NCBI RefSeq assembly: GCF_002105155.1
Contig: NW_019028990.1
Span: forward strand, 558,001-622,000
Source: Lobosporangium transversale
Lineage: Eukaryota
Direction of reading: 5' to 3'
DNA length: 64,000 nucleotides
Shown here: one piece after another, positions 13,139-26,051 of the stretch
Position numbering within the stretch: position 1 is the first letter of the stretch
How the letters are laid out: each line of letters opens with the position of its first letter
Position numbers and translations under genes: made by a program
Notes under the pieces: generated by a model
What the model was told of the DNA's origin: nothing
Database searches by the model: none
What the model saw: the letters and a program-made list of their open reading frames with translations, nothing else

Positions 13139-16100
13139 ATGAGTTCACCAGACTCCAAGACCTCCCCAACTTCGCCAACGGATGGCTCACTCAAGGAGAG
13201 CACCTCGTTGCATTCAGTTTCAAACATTTCTACAGGCAAAACTGTACCAGCTATTGTCGATCTCATTTTAGCATCAGGCAGCAAGGGCGAAGCATTAGTC
13301 TCAGTAGCTGTACGTCATAGCATAATTAATTTTTTACAAATCTAGAATCGCCCCTGTTTACTCATCAGGTTATTTCTTGAATATGCCTATCATTTAGGAT
13401 GGTAGCAGCGGACAAGTAGAGACCTCCGTTGGCGACAAAGTTGGTGGTGGTGCCTCAAAATCGCTGCAAAGTATTATCCGCAAATCTAGCAATGTATCAC
13501 TAGGAAGCACAACTGCCCGATCAGAGACGGAGACAGCCAAAGGTGTTGCTGACCAAATAATGCACTGTGAGGAGCCATCGCTCATACCCCAAAAGTCAAC
13601 AACAGTAGAATCCACTACTTCAACACCATCTTTCATAGCCGCACCACTATTCATCGGAACTGTTCTTGAAGGACATGTATTCACAGCTGTATCGCCAACA
13701 ATCACTCCAGAAAATACCTCGAAGACAGAATCGACATCCTACCAAACATCCTCATCCCCACAAGACACCCCTTTAGAGCAACCTACAAACACCAACAAAG
13801 AAAACACGAACGAGAGCCGATCATCTTTGGGTGTCTTAACCACTTGGTGGTATGGAAACACCACGAGTCCTGATGATCCTACCAATTCGAATAACTCTCC
13901 TAGCCACGAGGAAACTCACAAGGAGCTTTCTGCAACCACATCCACATCCACCGCAAGCAATACAATTCTCCCATCCTCTTTATTAGCAACTGCCTCTCCT
14001 GGTATCACCACATTATCCGGAGCTGAAGCACCTGATAGCATGGACTGGGAGCCATCTGGGCCGGAAGCAAGGCTTATTCAGGAAGCTGAGGCGCGCAAGC
14101 AAAATACGAAAAATCCATCCTCTTCATCGCTACCTTCTTCCTTTTCACCTTCGGCTACATTTCCTGCTTCCATGGTAAAACATAATAAAGCTTTGGCGTC
14201 TTCAAGAGGACGGCGTGGATCGGCTTCATCGACTCAGGGTTTACTGGCGTCCATTCTGTGGAGCAAACTAGCGGCTAATCATGATAATAAGGCTGCAACG
14301 GAACCATCAACCCCAATTAGAGATACAGATCCAAATCAAACTAGCCCCGCAACTACGCCACAGGAGCAACTACCGATGGAAACAGAAACTAGTCCAAGCT
14401 CTAGCCACGGGCTCGCCATAGCTCCCACTCATGCCGAAGACCTCGGAGGCACCAGTTCTCAGACAAATAGCAGTAAGAAACGTTGGTCTTTGTTTGGATA
14501 TGGTGCAAAAGAAGGTGGCCACGAGACTGTGCAACCCAACAAACTTCGCAAAAGCGGTGACGTTTTGATCGAGTCGGAATCGAGGCCTGCTAGCGTGAAG
14601 GAAGCACAAAAAGGGGTTCAAGATCGCGATTCGTTGGATGATGAGAAATCATCGGTTGCGGGGTCGAGCACTGTAATAGTCGGATCAGCATCTGAAGAGG
14701 CATTAGCACACACGCCGACCTCAGTCAAAACTGAGCTTGCCCACCCATCAGAGGAAAGTAAATCGGTCGCCCCGGCACTGGTTGGAACCTCAGACGTCAA
14801 CATCGTTTTTCCACCTGGAGCTGCTGTATCTGAGAGCAAAAATAAGTCTACAGGGCCTAATTCTAACGGTACTGTTTCAAGTACCTATAGTTGGCTGTCT
14901 ATCATCCCAGGTTATGGAAATAAGACAGAGGAAGCTACAACTTCTTCCGAATCACCGGACTCTAACTATCAAGAGACAGACGCTGAAGAGGATGAAAACA
15001 AAACTATGAGTATGGACGAAAAATCCACTAGACGAACATTAGCCGAGCTCGTAGAAGCTAAACGTACTAAAAAGGCATTGGCCACAAAGGAAGACTCTAT
15101 TGATAGCTATAAAGGCCCAACACTTTCTCAGTTTAAAGATCGCGATAGCTCTGATGGAGGCATCATTAAGGAAGCTGGAAAAGCAGCAGCCTCGCTCTCC
15201 AAGGTTATTTTCCGAAAGAAGAATGTGGTATTACCGGACTATTACGAACAATATCCAGATGTTCGCCAAAGCTTGCTCACGATGCCGATCGGCCACACAG
15301 ACGTTTCGATCGAGGAGCCAAAACATGAGCGGTCATCATCCATAATGAAGAGTGCCGTCAATGCTATAAGTTCATTGCTGTTCTCTAAGTCAGCAGCAGC
15401 GACGCCTTCCGATCCCGCTGCATCTAAAAATGACGCACTTCATCAAGGTGCAAACGGCATCAAGAAAGTCGCTATTATAGGAGTACATGGCTGGTTCCCT
15501 GTGAAGCTCATTCGTACAGTCATTGGTGAGCCTACGGGAACCAGCAAGAAGTTTTGTGATGAAATGGACTTGGCACTCAAGGACTACCTCAAGATGCATG
15601 ATGTCGATTTGGCGCCCGAGGATATCACGCTCATCCCATTAGAAGGCGAGGGCAAGGTCATGAGCAGAGTTGAGATACTTTATGAAAATTTGGTTAGGAA
15701 TGGAGCATGGTTAAAGGCTTTACGGGAAGCTGACGTAGTATTAATCGCAACACACTCTCAAGGGACTCCCACAAGCGCACTTCTCACGGCCCGACTCATT
15801 GATAAAGGCATGCTGCGTGTTCGAGAGGATGATCCCAAGATGCAACGTGTAGGGATTCTTGCCATGGCTGGGATCTCACATGGCCCTTTCGCTTTCTTGA
15901 AAGGCAACTTGATTGTCCGATGGTTTGAGGCAGAAGCAGCGCAAGAGCTGTTTGAATTTATGGATTCTGACTCGGAGATCGCCAAGAAATACCGTGAAGC
16001 TCTGGAGGTGATTTTGACATCTGGTGTCCGGCTTACATTGGTGGCTTCCATGGAAGATCAAGTTGTGCCACTCTACTCTGCAGTCATGACCGCAGTTCAT

Positions 16101-16670
16101 CATCCATCGATTGTGCGTGCGGTATACATTGATGGAGCCAGTTATCAGGATGACTTCCTGACAAATTTAATTTCATTTTCATTGAGGCTTCGGAACTCGG
16201 GGATGAATGATCATGGAGTATTAGTGCATTTGAGCGAGGCAGTGGCCGGAAGTATCTATGGCGAAGGACACTCCACAATTTATGAAGAGCGCGAGGTTTA
16301 CATGTATGTTTACTCATTTATCTTTTTTTTTTAAAGAAAAAAAAAAAAAAAAAAATTAACAACACTGTTTCATTTTTATCTGTCTAATAGGCTTGCTATT
16401 CGTGCATTGCTGGAGCCTCCTGAGAGTTTAACGTCAGAAATGATAAGGAGTGAACCAATTTTTTCACCCTTTCGAGCCAAACAGGGTCTAAATCCTTTTT
16501 ATCTGCCATGGGGAATGCGAGGAGTTATAGATGAGATCAGGGCAATGGATAATGAAGTTCTTAACAAGGAAGTAGAGCGGCTCAAAAAGCTTTATGACGA
16601 GTGGAATCCAGTGTCCAAGACAATGAAGGAAATCAAATTCAGGCTTGAGCCTGTGCGCTCCAAGCTCTGA
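13139..16670 (+). CDS. Conserved fungal YML020W-like protein (long Ser/Thr-rich N-terminus plus alpha/beta-hydrolase-like domain)
   Basis: KKVAIIGVHGWFP..IRTVIGEPTGTS, HSQG nucleophile-elbow motif, DQVVPLYS, GEGHSTIY and NPFYLPWGMRG. Three exons. Confidence 0.8.
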
Positions 16671-17299
16671 AGTATTATAAATCATTAAGACTGAAATAGT
16701 CCAGCTCATTATACCCATTTTCAATAAAATTGACTACTTTTCAGTCCTTTTATATATATAAAAGATGCATAATCTCACAAGTGGGGTCCGACATGAAAAC
16801 TTGGAAGTAGCTGATACACACTTTCGAAATTGCTACATTCATGTTGGTGGCAATGCAATGGATGAAAAGCTTGCCAAAGTCTTTATGTGGTCTCTCTTAA
16901 TATGTAAACTGAGCCGATATGGTTGGAATCTCAAGTTCCTTGGACACTCTTTCTTACCGATTTCCTCATTTCCAAGGCTTAAAGAAGTACTCTTACTTCT
17001 CCCGCGTTGTGTTATTTGATCGTCAATACATGGTTTATCATCGTAGGAAGCTGTGCTCTCGCTAATTAGATTAAGACGATATTCAGTATTGCAAATGGGT
17101 TTACGACAATGCTGATATGCGGGAACTTCATTGCAAGTGAGAGCAAGAGCAGACATCGAGAGATCAATAAGTGATGTCGATATGGCTGCCTTGCTGCCAT
17201 AAGCTAGCTTTTTATTTAAATCGAGCCCTTACACAACTTCAATGACCAAATCCCGGATGAGAAAAAAAAAAAAATCAAAGCTGGTATGTCAGCATTGAG

Positions 17300-17975
17300 C
17301 GTCTGTAGAAGTACTAAAGTTTCCTAAACTAATATCCAAATCCAAAATCAAGAAAGCTTCGAGCGCCTCTGACATTGCAAGAAATTCTTCAATTTCAAAC
17401 GGATTATACATCAAACTTATCTGGTCAAAGCTGTATTAATCTTGAGTGCCTCCGGCAATGCAATGGTTCCTTCATTCCCAATTAAGTTAGTCCGCAAGAC
17501 CAGTCTTCAAAGCGATGTTAACCTTGAGCGCCTCTGATAGCGTCATAGGTCTTGAGCTATTCCCTATGTTCAATTCATTAAGAGTCGTATTTAGCTTGAG
17601 TATCTCTGATAATTCAAAAACTCCCCCGTCCCCAATTGGATTGCCCCACAAGCTCACTCTGATCAAACTTGTGTTAATCCTCAGTACCTCTGATAATTCC
17701 AGAGCTCCTTCCTTCCCAAATGAGTTGCTAGCCAAGTCCAAAGCGACCAGAGTCGTATTGGCTTTGAGTACCTCTGACTGTGCAAGGATCCCTTCATCTC
17801 CGATTGAGTTGTACCCAAGTTCAAGGCAGTCAAAGCCCTGTTAGTCTTGAGTGCTTCCAACAGCACTAAAGCTCCTTCCTTCCCAGATGGGCTGATCCAT
17901 ACTTTCATATTGGCCAAAGTTCTGTTGATCTTGAGTGTCTCTGACAGCGCTACAATCCTTTCTGCTGTCAATTAC
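17300..17975 (-). pseudogene. Degraded RNI-like (NLRC3-type) leucine-rich-repeat gene fragment
   Basis: 28-aa repeats (LASNSFGKEGALELSEVLRINTSL, LWGNPIGDGGVFELSEILKLNTTL) split over several frames by frameshifts and stops. Confidence 0.8.
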
Positions 17976-18472
17976 AAAGGACTAGTTAAGTAATAGGCTT
18001 ATAATTGACAAAAACCTCCAAAGAAAGATCTTTAAAACTCGCCTGGACTAGCACTCCTGAATAGCGTGGATCCTCAAGATTTGAAAGGAAATATTTGTGA
18101 GCAGTTTGGAAGCGCTATAAAAGAACTTGGTTCCAATACGGAAACATGTGGCGAACATACTGTAGTTAATCGTGAGAGAGACGCCAAGGAACAGAAGGGT
18201 GATGAACCAAAGGGCACAAGAGTGTGAAGTAAGTACTCATACTAATATGTATTCTGGGTATAACAAGCAAGGCGCAGAACTTGGGTTGATCTTTCTTAGA
18301 AAGCACTAAATCAATGGACTGGACTTTGGTGCTAGTTATAACTCTCTTTGCATATGGTCCTTCTAGTTCTCCACTTGCTTTTTTTTTTTTTTTGTTACAA
18401 GAAAAGCTCTATTATTCAAGCATAACAAGTTAATTCGGTCCGTCATGATCAAGAAGACTGAACGCTCTACAA

Positions 18473-18590
18473 CATAGAATCGACCTTATCGCTCTTTTTG
18501 GCTAGTCCTTTTTATTTACAAGAGTTTTGTTAAGTAAACCTTTTATATTTGAAAAGGTCTACTAAAAAGAGCGACATGGTCGACCCTCTG
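18473..18590. mobile_element. Small degenerate MITE-like inverted-repeat element
   Basis: CATAGAATCGACCTTATCGCTCTTTTTGGCTAGTCCTTTT versus the reverse complement of the right end, CAGAGGGTCGACCATGTCGCTCTTTTTAGTAGACCTTTT. No clean TSD. Confidence 0.5.
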
Positions 18591-19323
18591 CTCTGCAAAC
18601 ATCTTGTTTGTCGATGCTTTAATTAATCTAGTCTAGTTTAGTCTAATGTGGCCCAAAGTGAGGACAATATGTTAACGATTGTCTTTATAGTGGTCCACTT
18701 AACTTTCAGTGGACATTCTAACAACAGTCCTGCATCGTTCTTAGGGGCTCATTTGCAATAGAAGCTTTTAAGGCTATCATAAACTGTAATCAAAGTTGTA
18801 TTATAGTAAAAGCGGAAAAAGTGATCAGTTGACATGTGGCAAATTCAAATTTATAATCCTTTTCAAATGTCCTCTTCAATGATCATTTCAGTCCTCCTGG
18901 GGAGCAGTTGTAAGCAGAGGAATGAGCAAGTAGAGTGTGAACAAACGTTTATCTGAGCACTAAGGATTGTCACGTCACAATGACCCAGAAAATGGCACGT
19001 GGCTGATTTGAAAAAAATATTTTCTCACGCAAAGCCTAACCTTGAAATAAAGGAACAAATTTATCAGTTGCTCCTTTCTTTCCTTTGCTCCACTTCATTT
19101 TCGCCACCTTTTTCATATTTCACCACTTACCTCTTTTATTCATTCCAAGCCTTCATTTATTGCCTTTCTTTTCCTTTCCTTCTTTTTTTTTTGCCTTACA
19201 CATTTTTCATTATTGTTTCCATACCGTGACCACGGGTGAAAGAGTAAGAATATACTTTTGCCTATTTAGCCATCATTCTCCCTGCATTTCAACCACACTC
19301 AGTCTCACTCATCTTAATTTTCA

Positions 19324-21806
19324 ATGGCCACCACAAGGAGCTCAACACAAAAAAACATGGCTGCAAATGATTCCACAGAGAGCCAAGCACAAAAAAACAT
19401 GGCTGCAAATAAGCCTGAGGATGCCTCCACACTCAATAAACGAAAAAGAGAAAACCAACACCCACAACGAAAAAAGCGCGCCATCCCACTGCTGCTGCAG
19501 CTGAACTGCGTTGTTGAGGGAGAAGCAACGTCGTTCCCAGTAGAGATTTTCTGCGATAAATCGGTCGGGATGCTCAAGCAAGCCATCAAAGCAGAGAAAG
19601 CCAATGCATTTAAGGATATTGACGCTGACCAGCTCACCCTCTACAAGGTCTCCATCCCTGACAAAGGTGAGGTCATCTTTGAGTCAGGAATCGAGTCAAA
19701 AGAGGCTCTCACAATCGCGTCAATGGAGCTTTGGGAGATACTTAATTCTGAACTTCCAAGGAAAACTATCCATGTTTTTGTCAAGCCACCACAGCGAGGT
19801 ATATCTTTGGCTCTTGATGGACTGATTGTTGATATTTCCAGCTGATGAAGCTTGGTTTATATCTTAAACGGCCATGTGCATGATATCACCATTTGGTTTG
19901 TGTCTTGATAACTCAACGTTCTTTCTCATTATTCGCTTTTGATACTTAGCTCAGAAAAGAAAACAAGATGGAGATTCTGGTGAGTTTGGCTGAGAACCTG
20001 GTTATTGATCAATTCAGAGTGATGTGCAGTGCAGAAATCAAAAATATTGACTTTGATCACTCTATCTCCTTTATCAGAGTCACCCTCTAAAAAAGCTCGT
20101 CCAAGTATAAGTAGAGATCCTCTTATGGATGCGATTACAGAAGCAGGGCTTGTAACGAAAGGGATAGTGAATGGTAGCCCTGCCATCTCGCGTCTAAACT
20201 CGAAAGAGAGGGTCAAGCTGCTTTTGTACATGGAGGAGGGGTTATCAGGAGATAGTATTTACTGCAGCATTATTAGCGTGGCTCGCGAGCTCCGAAATTC
20301 TGGTGGTATCAAGGATTCCAAAATATTGACTGCCCCTGAGGGTCGTATCTTCCCTGTTGCCGGAACAAGGCATCTTTATATCAGAGATGAGTATAAAGAG
20401 CTTTATGACCATATTACATCCGAATTAAGTACCCCTCATGAAGTAACTCGTTTGAACCGACTCTTTGTCACTGGAACGCCTGGAATTGGGAAGTCAGCCT
20501 TTTTGGTCTATTTTGCCATCCGCCTCCTTGCCGAACACGATGAGGAAAATCCACCGATTATTATTTTCCATGAGAAGCAGAATACCGAATGTTATGCCTA
20601 CGGAGGAACAACTTGCCAACGTTATGGGGAGAGAGTAGATTTCAAAAATTTCCTTGAGCAACGTGAAACGTGGTATTTAGTTGATAGTGGTGAAAATCCT
20701 CAACCAGGTAAAGCCAGGACGATATTTTCAGCATCGCCAAGAACTCTCTATGGGCATTACGATGAACTCACCAAGGAAAATACACCAGATAGCTACTATC
20801 ATATGTCACTCTGGAGTCTGGATGAGCTTAAGGAATGTAGAGCCAATGTAAAGTTTTTTCATGTAGTGAGTGAAGCATTTTTGGAGGAGCTTTTTTACTA
20901 CTTGGGGGGCGTGCCAAGACAGGTTCTACAGTGTCCAGCCGATGTACTATCCAAAAATCAAAAAAATACTGAGCGTGCTAAAGAGGCTGCGTTATTCCGC
21001 GTCAATAATGCCATTAAAACACTCGAGAAACCAGCAGATCTTCTAAGGCTCTTTGCACGGGGAAAAGAAGCGAGTGAATTTAGTCGTTTACTCCATAGAG
21101 TCCCCACTTCTGACCATCTCGACTTCTACCTGGTGTGGGCATCTCGTTGGGTCGAATCACAGATTATGGACAAAATAAAAGATAACACTTGGGTCGATGT
21201 GTTGGCGAGACTTGTCAAAGGCGGAGAGGATATAGATAAAGGCCCACTGTTTGAAATCTATGCTCATCACTTATTTCGACGTGGTGATATTAGATTTCCC
21301 TTTAGGGATCTCCAGTCAGGCGAAACAGGATTTCTTGATTTCCAGCAAATCCAGAAGAGGTGTTTATCCGGACTTCAGAGGGATTATCAGGGCTCACTCA
21401 AGCAGCTGGCAAGTTGTTTGTACCAGAACATTCTAAATTTCCGTGCATTGATTTTGCATTGGGACCCAACGAGCTATTTCAGGTCACAGTATCAGAGGGG
21501 CATCCGATCAAGCAAGCACCATTCAAGGAGATGATTGATTGTATTACTGGACCCTGCTTGAAGGGAGACCGATCAAAGTCGAAGGGAGACCGATCAAAGT
21601 CGAAGGGAAGTGATGATATTTTCCTCTATTTTGTGGTGCCAGGAGACGTATATAACGATTTTAAAGTTCAGAACTTTCTTACCGCCAGAAATACGGTCGT
21701 CAAGAAGCCATATAAATGCTTAAAACATGTAAGACAGCGTGTCATAAAAATCGACATCGAAGCTGCATATTCAGGAGGATCAGCCGGTACGAATCTGAAG
21801 AATTAA
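19324..21806 (+). pseudogene. Crinkler (CRN) family gene: ubiquitin-like CRN header, P-loop NTPase and REase-fold nuclease; one frameshift
   Basis: Header LNCVVEGE..SFPVEI...LKQAIK...DIDADQLTLYKV...IHVFVKPP. Exons 19324-19798, 19950-19979 and 20078 onward. Walker A VTGTPGIGKS; REase-like FPCID...LFQVTVSEGHPIK in a second frame after a 1-nt deletion at about 21340. Confidence 0.88.
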
Positions 21807-22009
21807 ATCGAATAGCAATCAAGTGGATGAAATTTTGTCTTTTTTTAAAAAAAGCATTATACCCGTTCCTTGAGAAATTTTTACAATGGTTCATTCTTTA
21901 TGAATGAAGCCATCATTATCCACTTACCTTCTAGACGAATAAATAGAGCGGTTTAATCCGTCCTCCCTTCTACTTGGGGCATTTAGAACTTTATAAAGCT
22001 GTGATCATT

Positions 22010-24200
22010 ATGCGATCTTGTGTGCAAGAAAAGGCAGGATTTTGTGATACTATTATCAAAGAGTTTTGTAAAAACGGATAGAGATGAAGAATCCTGTGGA
22101 GAACCCAGTGAGAGTCTGATGATGAGACCCAAAACCATATTATTATCACCAGGACAGCTGGCATAGGAAATTATCCTTTCTCGTATGCTTTGTCATCTGG
22201 ATGCTTGCCACTTGCGGAAGACCTATCAATTATCATCATCCAGGGCGCCAAAACGTTTACCGGGAGCTAGGATGACAGCTCCACTCTAAAGACATAAATG
22301 TCCCATGGTGCGCGTGCACGGGATGGCAACCTGTGGCCAATGAGATCATATTAGTTGTATGTTCGGCCAATTTACCCTTTTTACTTGTCCGAAGGTAGAA
22401 TGACGCCTAGCCAATGGATGCTATTGCAAGTGTGTCCACAGGTCCTTGGAGAAGTCCATTGAGGAAACTCGGTTCCATCCAGGACAGATTTATTCCTAGC
22501 GTTCTTCACAAAAGTAGCAGAATTGCTTGGTGGAGTTGGCTTTAATTGCCTTGACAAGCTCCTGCAAGATTGGTTCGACAATCTAATCAGGGTCCTTTCG
22601 GAGCGGCATCAAAGCAACTCTATGTTTTTGGTTGTTTTGAACGAGGCGCAGGATGTGGGGAGGGGAGGCTAAATACCAGTTTATTAATAACGACGACACT
22701 ATGCGACCAATATTATCAGCATTCTTTCATGGATTGGAGGGCTTATCAGAGGATTTACCACGAATTTGCATAGTTCCTTGCGGGATAGGCTTTTGTATTT
22801 ATGATCCTGCTTGGGTTAAGAGAACTGGCAAAGCTTCAAGGAATATCGAGAAATTCTCGATGACTCGAGGTTCAAGAGTGCAGTATCGTTTCCTAGATGG
22901 GATAATCAAGCAAAAGTCCGGACATACTTCAAGACACTTGTGCGATATTTGGAGAAATAAAGTCACTCAAGCTCTGCATCAAAGCGGAGAGGCCATTTTA
23001 ATGATCAAGCAATCGAGATGCTATATGCTTGGTCCTGTGGTCGTCTCCGTCCAATGATCACTATAATAGAGAGCGTCATTGGACGTGCCGATGCAGGCCT
23101 TTGGAAGCAAGAAATCAAGGGCCTGGTGTGGTCGCTCACTGATCCAGGATATAAAGAATCTGGTAACCTATGCCATGAGTAATCTAGGATTCTGAAGCGT
23201 ATTAACAAAGGGGATGCAGGAATTAAAACCACTGTCGACATCAGGGAAACCTTCGGTCGAGCCGTAAAGAATGAATAGATTACTATATAGTAAAGACTTG
23301 ATATTGGAGTACAATGAGCCTGTTCCGGTCGAGGCTTCGTTTGCTCGAATTGTCGTTAATCAAAGGAAGAAGGAGTTTACAATAATCGTTGAGCCAATAG
23401 CATTTATAGCAGCAATTAACTTGTTTGAAGTGGATGACCCTTGATTGGTTAAATTGGTTAATAGTGTGTTGCTAGACGCCCCTACGTCTGGCACAAAGGG
23501 CACACATTTTGAGTATTTCAGTCCCGCTTTGTTAATTTCAATCTTCCAGAATTATAACAATGAACGAATTATTGGATACTCACTGTAACAAAGACTCAAT
23601 ACATGAATCCAAGTTAATCTCGCTCTTTTTTGTTTCCAAAAGAGAACCCATCTGGACCAGATATCGTCTTTGTACTGGAATCGGAGGGTAAATATTATCC
23701 TGGTTCCGTACAGTCAAAAATCGGCGATAAGGTCAAGAATTAAGGATGCCCACAATACACCTTGCCATAATTGCATCAAAGAACACCTCTCATCACCGTC
23801 TTCTCTCGGCTTTTGCTCGAATGGCATATCCTTGTTGCTGTTGTTTAGGCCTTACTTATCACGTTGCCTTATCATGTTGTCTTATCACGAACAGGGTGAT
23901 TATTCGCTAGCTAAAGTCAAAGAAGTTCCTACCATCAAAGACAAACGAATATAAACGACGTACTCAATATTAGCTTGTTGAACTTCCTTGAAAGTGCAAG
24001 GGAGTCCCTCAAGAAGTCAGAATTGACTCGAGCTGTGGAGGATGAGGGAGAAGGAAGCAAGCCCAAAGAACCACAGGCAAGGAGGACATCAAAGAGAATT
24101 GCCGATAAAGCTCAAGCTATGGAGCATCGCCCTAGCTCATGGAATATGAGTCCAACGTTTTCAAGAAGTTTGGGGCTCCTCTTCCAGTTTATGTTTGCGT
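22010..24200 (+). pseudogene. Highly degraded CRN-type NTPase/REase relics
   Basis: Scattered motifs: IIITxTAGIG (about 22140), (D)EAQ...RPILSAF...CIVPCGIG (22640-22790), VEASFAR...IVEPIAF, GTHFEY, and GPDIVFVL...VQSK (about 23654-23720). Many stops and frameshifts. Confidence 0.65.
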
Positions 24201-24610
24201 AGTCTTCATCAGTCAGGTCTTCACCGGCTGCCTTTAAAACACGCCGTGTTAAGGAACCCTTGTGAAAGTTTCAATCCCTGGCTGAGATCTTCTTCATCTA
24301 CGTCAGACTGCTGCTATCTCTTCGTCTGGATTGTGCCATAGGCAAGTGGATTCAGAACAAGGCCATTGGTAGAATCGTCCCTTTGGGTTTGAACCGAGTT
24401 ATACCTTTGTCTTGTGCCTGTAGGGGTACCTTGTCTCGATAGCCATGAAACATGCGATCTCCTTCAATGTCACAAAGAGAGCCTGTATCTAGACCTCTTT
24501 TGTTCCCTGTACACATTCAAACACTGCAGCCTTGGGAGGATTGTCGAGAGGATGTCAGTTAGGACGTGTTCAGACAGATACACATACCGAGGGGGGACGT
24601 AAGGAAGTCT

Positions 24611-24642
<32 letters not shown>

Positions 24643-26051
24643 CCCACTCCATTGTTCTCTGGCAAGAAAAGCTCATCGAACAATAAAAAAAATAGAGAGC
24701 TTTAATAGAGAGCAATCGACTGCAGAATATGCATGAGGATTCTCTACACAAAGTTATATCTTTGTGCTCCTGTGGTGAATACATGGGTAGATTTGACTCG
24801 GTCTGTAGGAACTGATTTGAAACAGGTGGCTACATCCTTGTCAAAGGTAACAACAAAAGAAAAAAGTCTTCTTTCTTCTTTTTATCAGAGAATGGCCTCA
24901 TATGATGCTCTTTGCTCCAACAGCTCCAGCACTTTTGCGTTAAAGCAGAGATATTCGTTGGCTCTCGGGTTCCGGCATCATTGGTGGAGATAGGAGTGAT
25001 GTAGTTGCATGCGCTTATTGCTTGTAGTAAGAACTATCTTAGTACCTTTCCTTACTAGACGACGCCCTGTTAATGGTGATATTGTGCAGCGCCTTGTGGA
25101 AGGAGGGAGAGCAGAAGCGAGATTAATACCGACGCGTTTGATCCTCTCCTAGAAGTATTTTTGATTATGGAGTGATCGCCAAAATAAAGTTTGTTCATTT
25201 CTTCTGGAGGCATCAATGGAAAAGGCTTGTGTTTTAGCAAAATGTGTTTGTGCATGTACAGAAACAAAAGAGATGCTTCAGCTGCTTATTCGTGCACACA
25301 ATGATTGACGAACAAAAAAGGAAAAAGATTTGCCAAATAAAAAAAAAGCCCGCGATAAAAGAAGGCATATGCAGACAACAAATAAACACAGCAACTGTTT
25401 GCTCACATACATTTTTTTCACCGTTGTGTCTGTATCTCTTCTAAGCTTTCTGTCTGGCCGTTTAACACAAGGAACCCTCAGAAAAAGAAATACCTCGCAT
25501 GATTGGTGCCAGGTCTGAAAACAACAATAATGCAATGCTGTACGTGGAAGATAGGGTCTAGAAGCTATACCATTGATCACAACTGCTACTCATGCTCTCT
25601 TGCCAAGGACTTGAACAGGCATACCAACCCCTTCTTCCTTGCTCTCATAACCGCTCACATCCTTTCGATGCATTCTTTCGCCGTTTATGTCCACTACATC
25701 TGAACCACACACAGTTCATCACTCACTCCAACAGAGATATTTGTATCACCTTGGGTATGATATGTTGCTGTGGTTCCCTCTGGTTTCAACAGGCCCAACA
25801 AACTCTATTAGCAGTGATTATCAACCCAAATACATCAAGGGAACGCAAGAAGACAAGCAAATGATGCGACAAATCAAGTCTCGTCGAGCTGTACAGAAAA
25901 AGATCAAGTTAGTCAGGCTGTAGAACGAATCAACTCAGATTGCCTCAATCATACGACGAATATTATCATCACTATATCACATCAATCAATCAATAAACGA
26001 TACAATGAGGCCCCCCAAGCGGACAATGGAGTCATGCGAAAGTCTTCATGA

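Noticed and set aside
16745..17207. Possible non-autonomous Helitron (TC…TATATATA start; TATGGC/GCCATA hairpin then CTAG)
   Set aside because: Lacks the A|T target site and has no second copy in the window, so it cannot be supported without a repeat search.
24200..26050. Missing N-terminal half of Fanzor or its transposase
   Set aside because: No recognisable motifs, long frames or left TIR found by eye; left unassigned.
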